Positions 63,359-64,000 of a DNA stretch of 64,000 nucleotides are shown here, one piece after another. Made by a program: the position numbers and the translations under genes. The stretch is from positions 85,900 to 149,899 of the forward strand of contig CAVSRI010000031.1 of NCBI GenBank assembly GCA_963730275.1, written 5' to 3'. The DNA comes from an uncultured delta proteobacterium (lineage in GTDB: Bacteria; Desulfobacterota; Syntrophia; Syntrophales; Smithellaceae). Each line of letters begins with the position of its first letter. The first letter of the stretch is position 1. The notes beneath the pieces were generated by a model, which made no database searches, was not told the origin of the DNA, and saw only the letters and a program-made list of their open reading frames with translations.

Positions 63359-63958
63359 TTAGAGGCTCCGGTTGATTGATTTGTTGGTCATGTGTACGCC
63401 TCGGAAATAAAGAAGATCGAGATGAATTCGTGAAATATTTTTTCGATCAGCGACGATGTGTGCAAATTCTTGAAAAGAATTGCTGTCTTCTGGTTTTAAA
63501 CCTATGACCGTTCCCCATCTCGGTAATACTTCCGAACCTCTTTCAAGCATAAGTCCCTTTGCAACATGGCTATCTAGTGGAACTTCAAGCCACGGTTCCA
63601 GTTTTTCGAGACCATAGTGATCACAGATGAAGCGATTATATAAACAATTCCGGAGAAATATATTTAAAAACTTCCTAGAGCTACCCCAGTGTTGAGCCTT
63701 TTGGGGCAGACAATCCTTTAGTGCTTTTGTGGCCAATTCAAGGTTTATACGGAAGGATGATTCACTTCTAGCTTTGATCGCTTGCAGATCGAACTCTTGA
63801 AGAAATAATCTTGCAACTTGTATTGTTCCTGTAGGTCCCATCCCACGAGCTGTAGATGGCCCAATTGAAGTACTTCCTATTCTTTTTTGTAGTAGCGCTA
63901 TAAATTCTTTGTTCATTGGTGCACCAAAACAATAAATTGTTAACATACGGCTTAGCAT
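63359..63958 (-). CDS. Hypothetical protein (199 aa)
   Basis: Clean ORF inside the putative element. No motif recognised. Confidence 0.5.
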   Translation of the reverse strand: MLSRMLTIYCFGAPMNKEFIALLQKRIGSTSIGPSTARGMGPTGTIQVARLFLQEFDLQAIKARSESSFRINLELATKALKDCLPQKAQHWGSSRKFLNIFLRNCLYNRFICDHYGLEKLEPWLEVPLDSHVAKGLMLERGSEVLPRWGTVIGLKPEDSNSFQEFAHIVADRKNISRIHLDLLYFRGVHMTNKSINRSL

Positions 63959-64000
63959 GAGCTAGCTTTATCGACGATCCGCTGCTTTTATCCAGAATAT

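Larger units (their letters stand above)
63109..64000. mobile_element. Edge of an integrated element abutting the tRNA-Lys fragment (continues beyond the window)
   Basis: tRNA homology stops at about 63108. Phased GGTTAC repeats and an unknown gene follow. Confidence 0.5.

Overview
This is a chromosomal window from an anaerobic diderm bacterium. The diderm call rests on a LolA-like protein, a beta-barrel OMP and a type IV pilin with a sigma-54 promoter; FeoAB and CopZA are also present. The many acyl-CoA and 4-hydroxybutyryl-CoA genes suggest a syntrophic or fermentative Desulfobacterota-like lineage, but that is inference only. Core genes: tandem abfD copies (one decayed), an SDR, an OYE-type dienoyl-CoA/enoate reductase-like flavoprotein, hydrolases, osmC, copZA, msrA, ygiQ, feoAB, a crotonase/hbd/thiolase set, proA-nadD, ilvE, moaC, an atypical giant GlmS-like amidotransferase, pyrG, an acyl-CoA dehydrogenase, a PaaI-like thioesterase and serA. 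Accessory content: (1) An AT-rich element of about 8.9 kb is inserted in comM (about 40611-49537). It is bounded by reconstructable serine-recombinase att sites. It carries a large serine recombinase, a minimal tyrosine recombinase, a repeat-flanked membrane-protein cassette, a GIY-YIG protein and several unknowns. (2) An AT-rich islet follows ygiQ (15.2-18.6 kb). It is bracketed by a duplicated ygiQ 3' end and contains a GT-C glycosyltransferase-like gene plus a gene pair encoding a small TM protein and a cyclase-like protein. (3) The edge of a third element lies at a tRNA-Lys 3' fragment (63063-63107) followed by phased GGTTAC iterons. (4) A family of nested-hairpin intergenic repeats occupies four loci, one of them a 0.6-kb array, with covarying stems and GCGNAGC-type loops. 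About ten conserved genes are split by single-base indels, mostly in homopolymer runs, so assembly error must be excluded before calling them pseudogenes. I recognised no rRNA, intact tRNA or CRISPR array. All GC statements come from hand-counted 60-nt lines.
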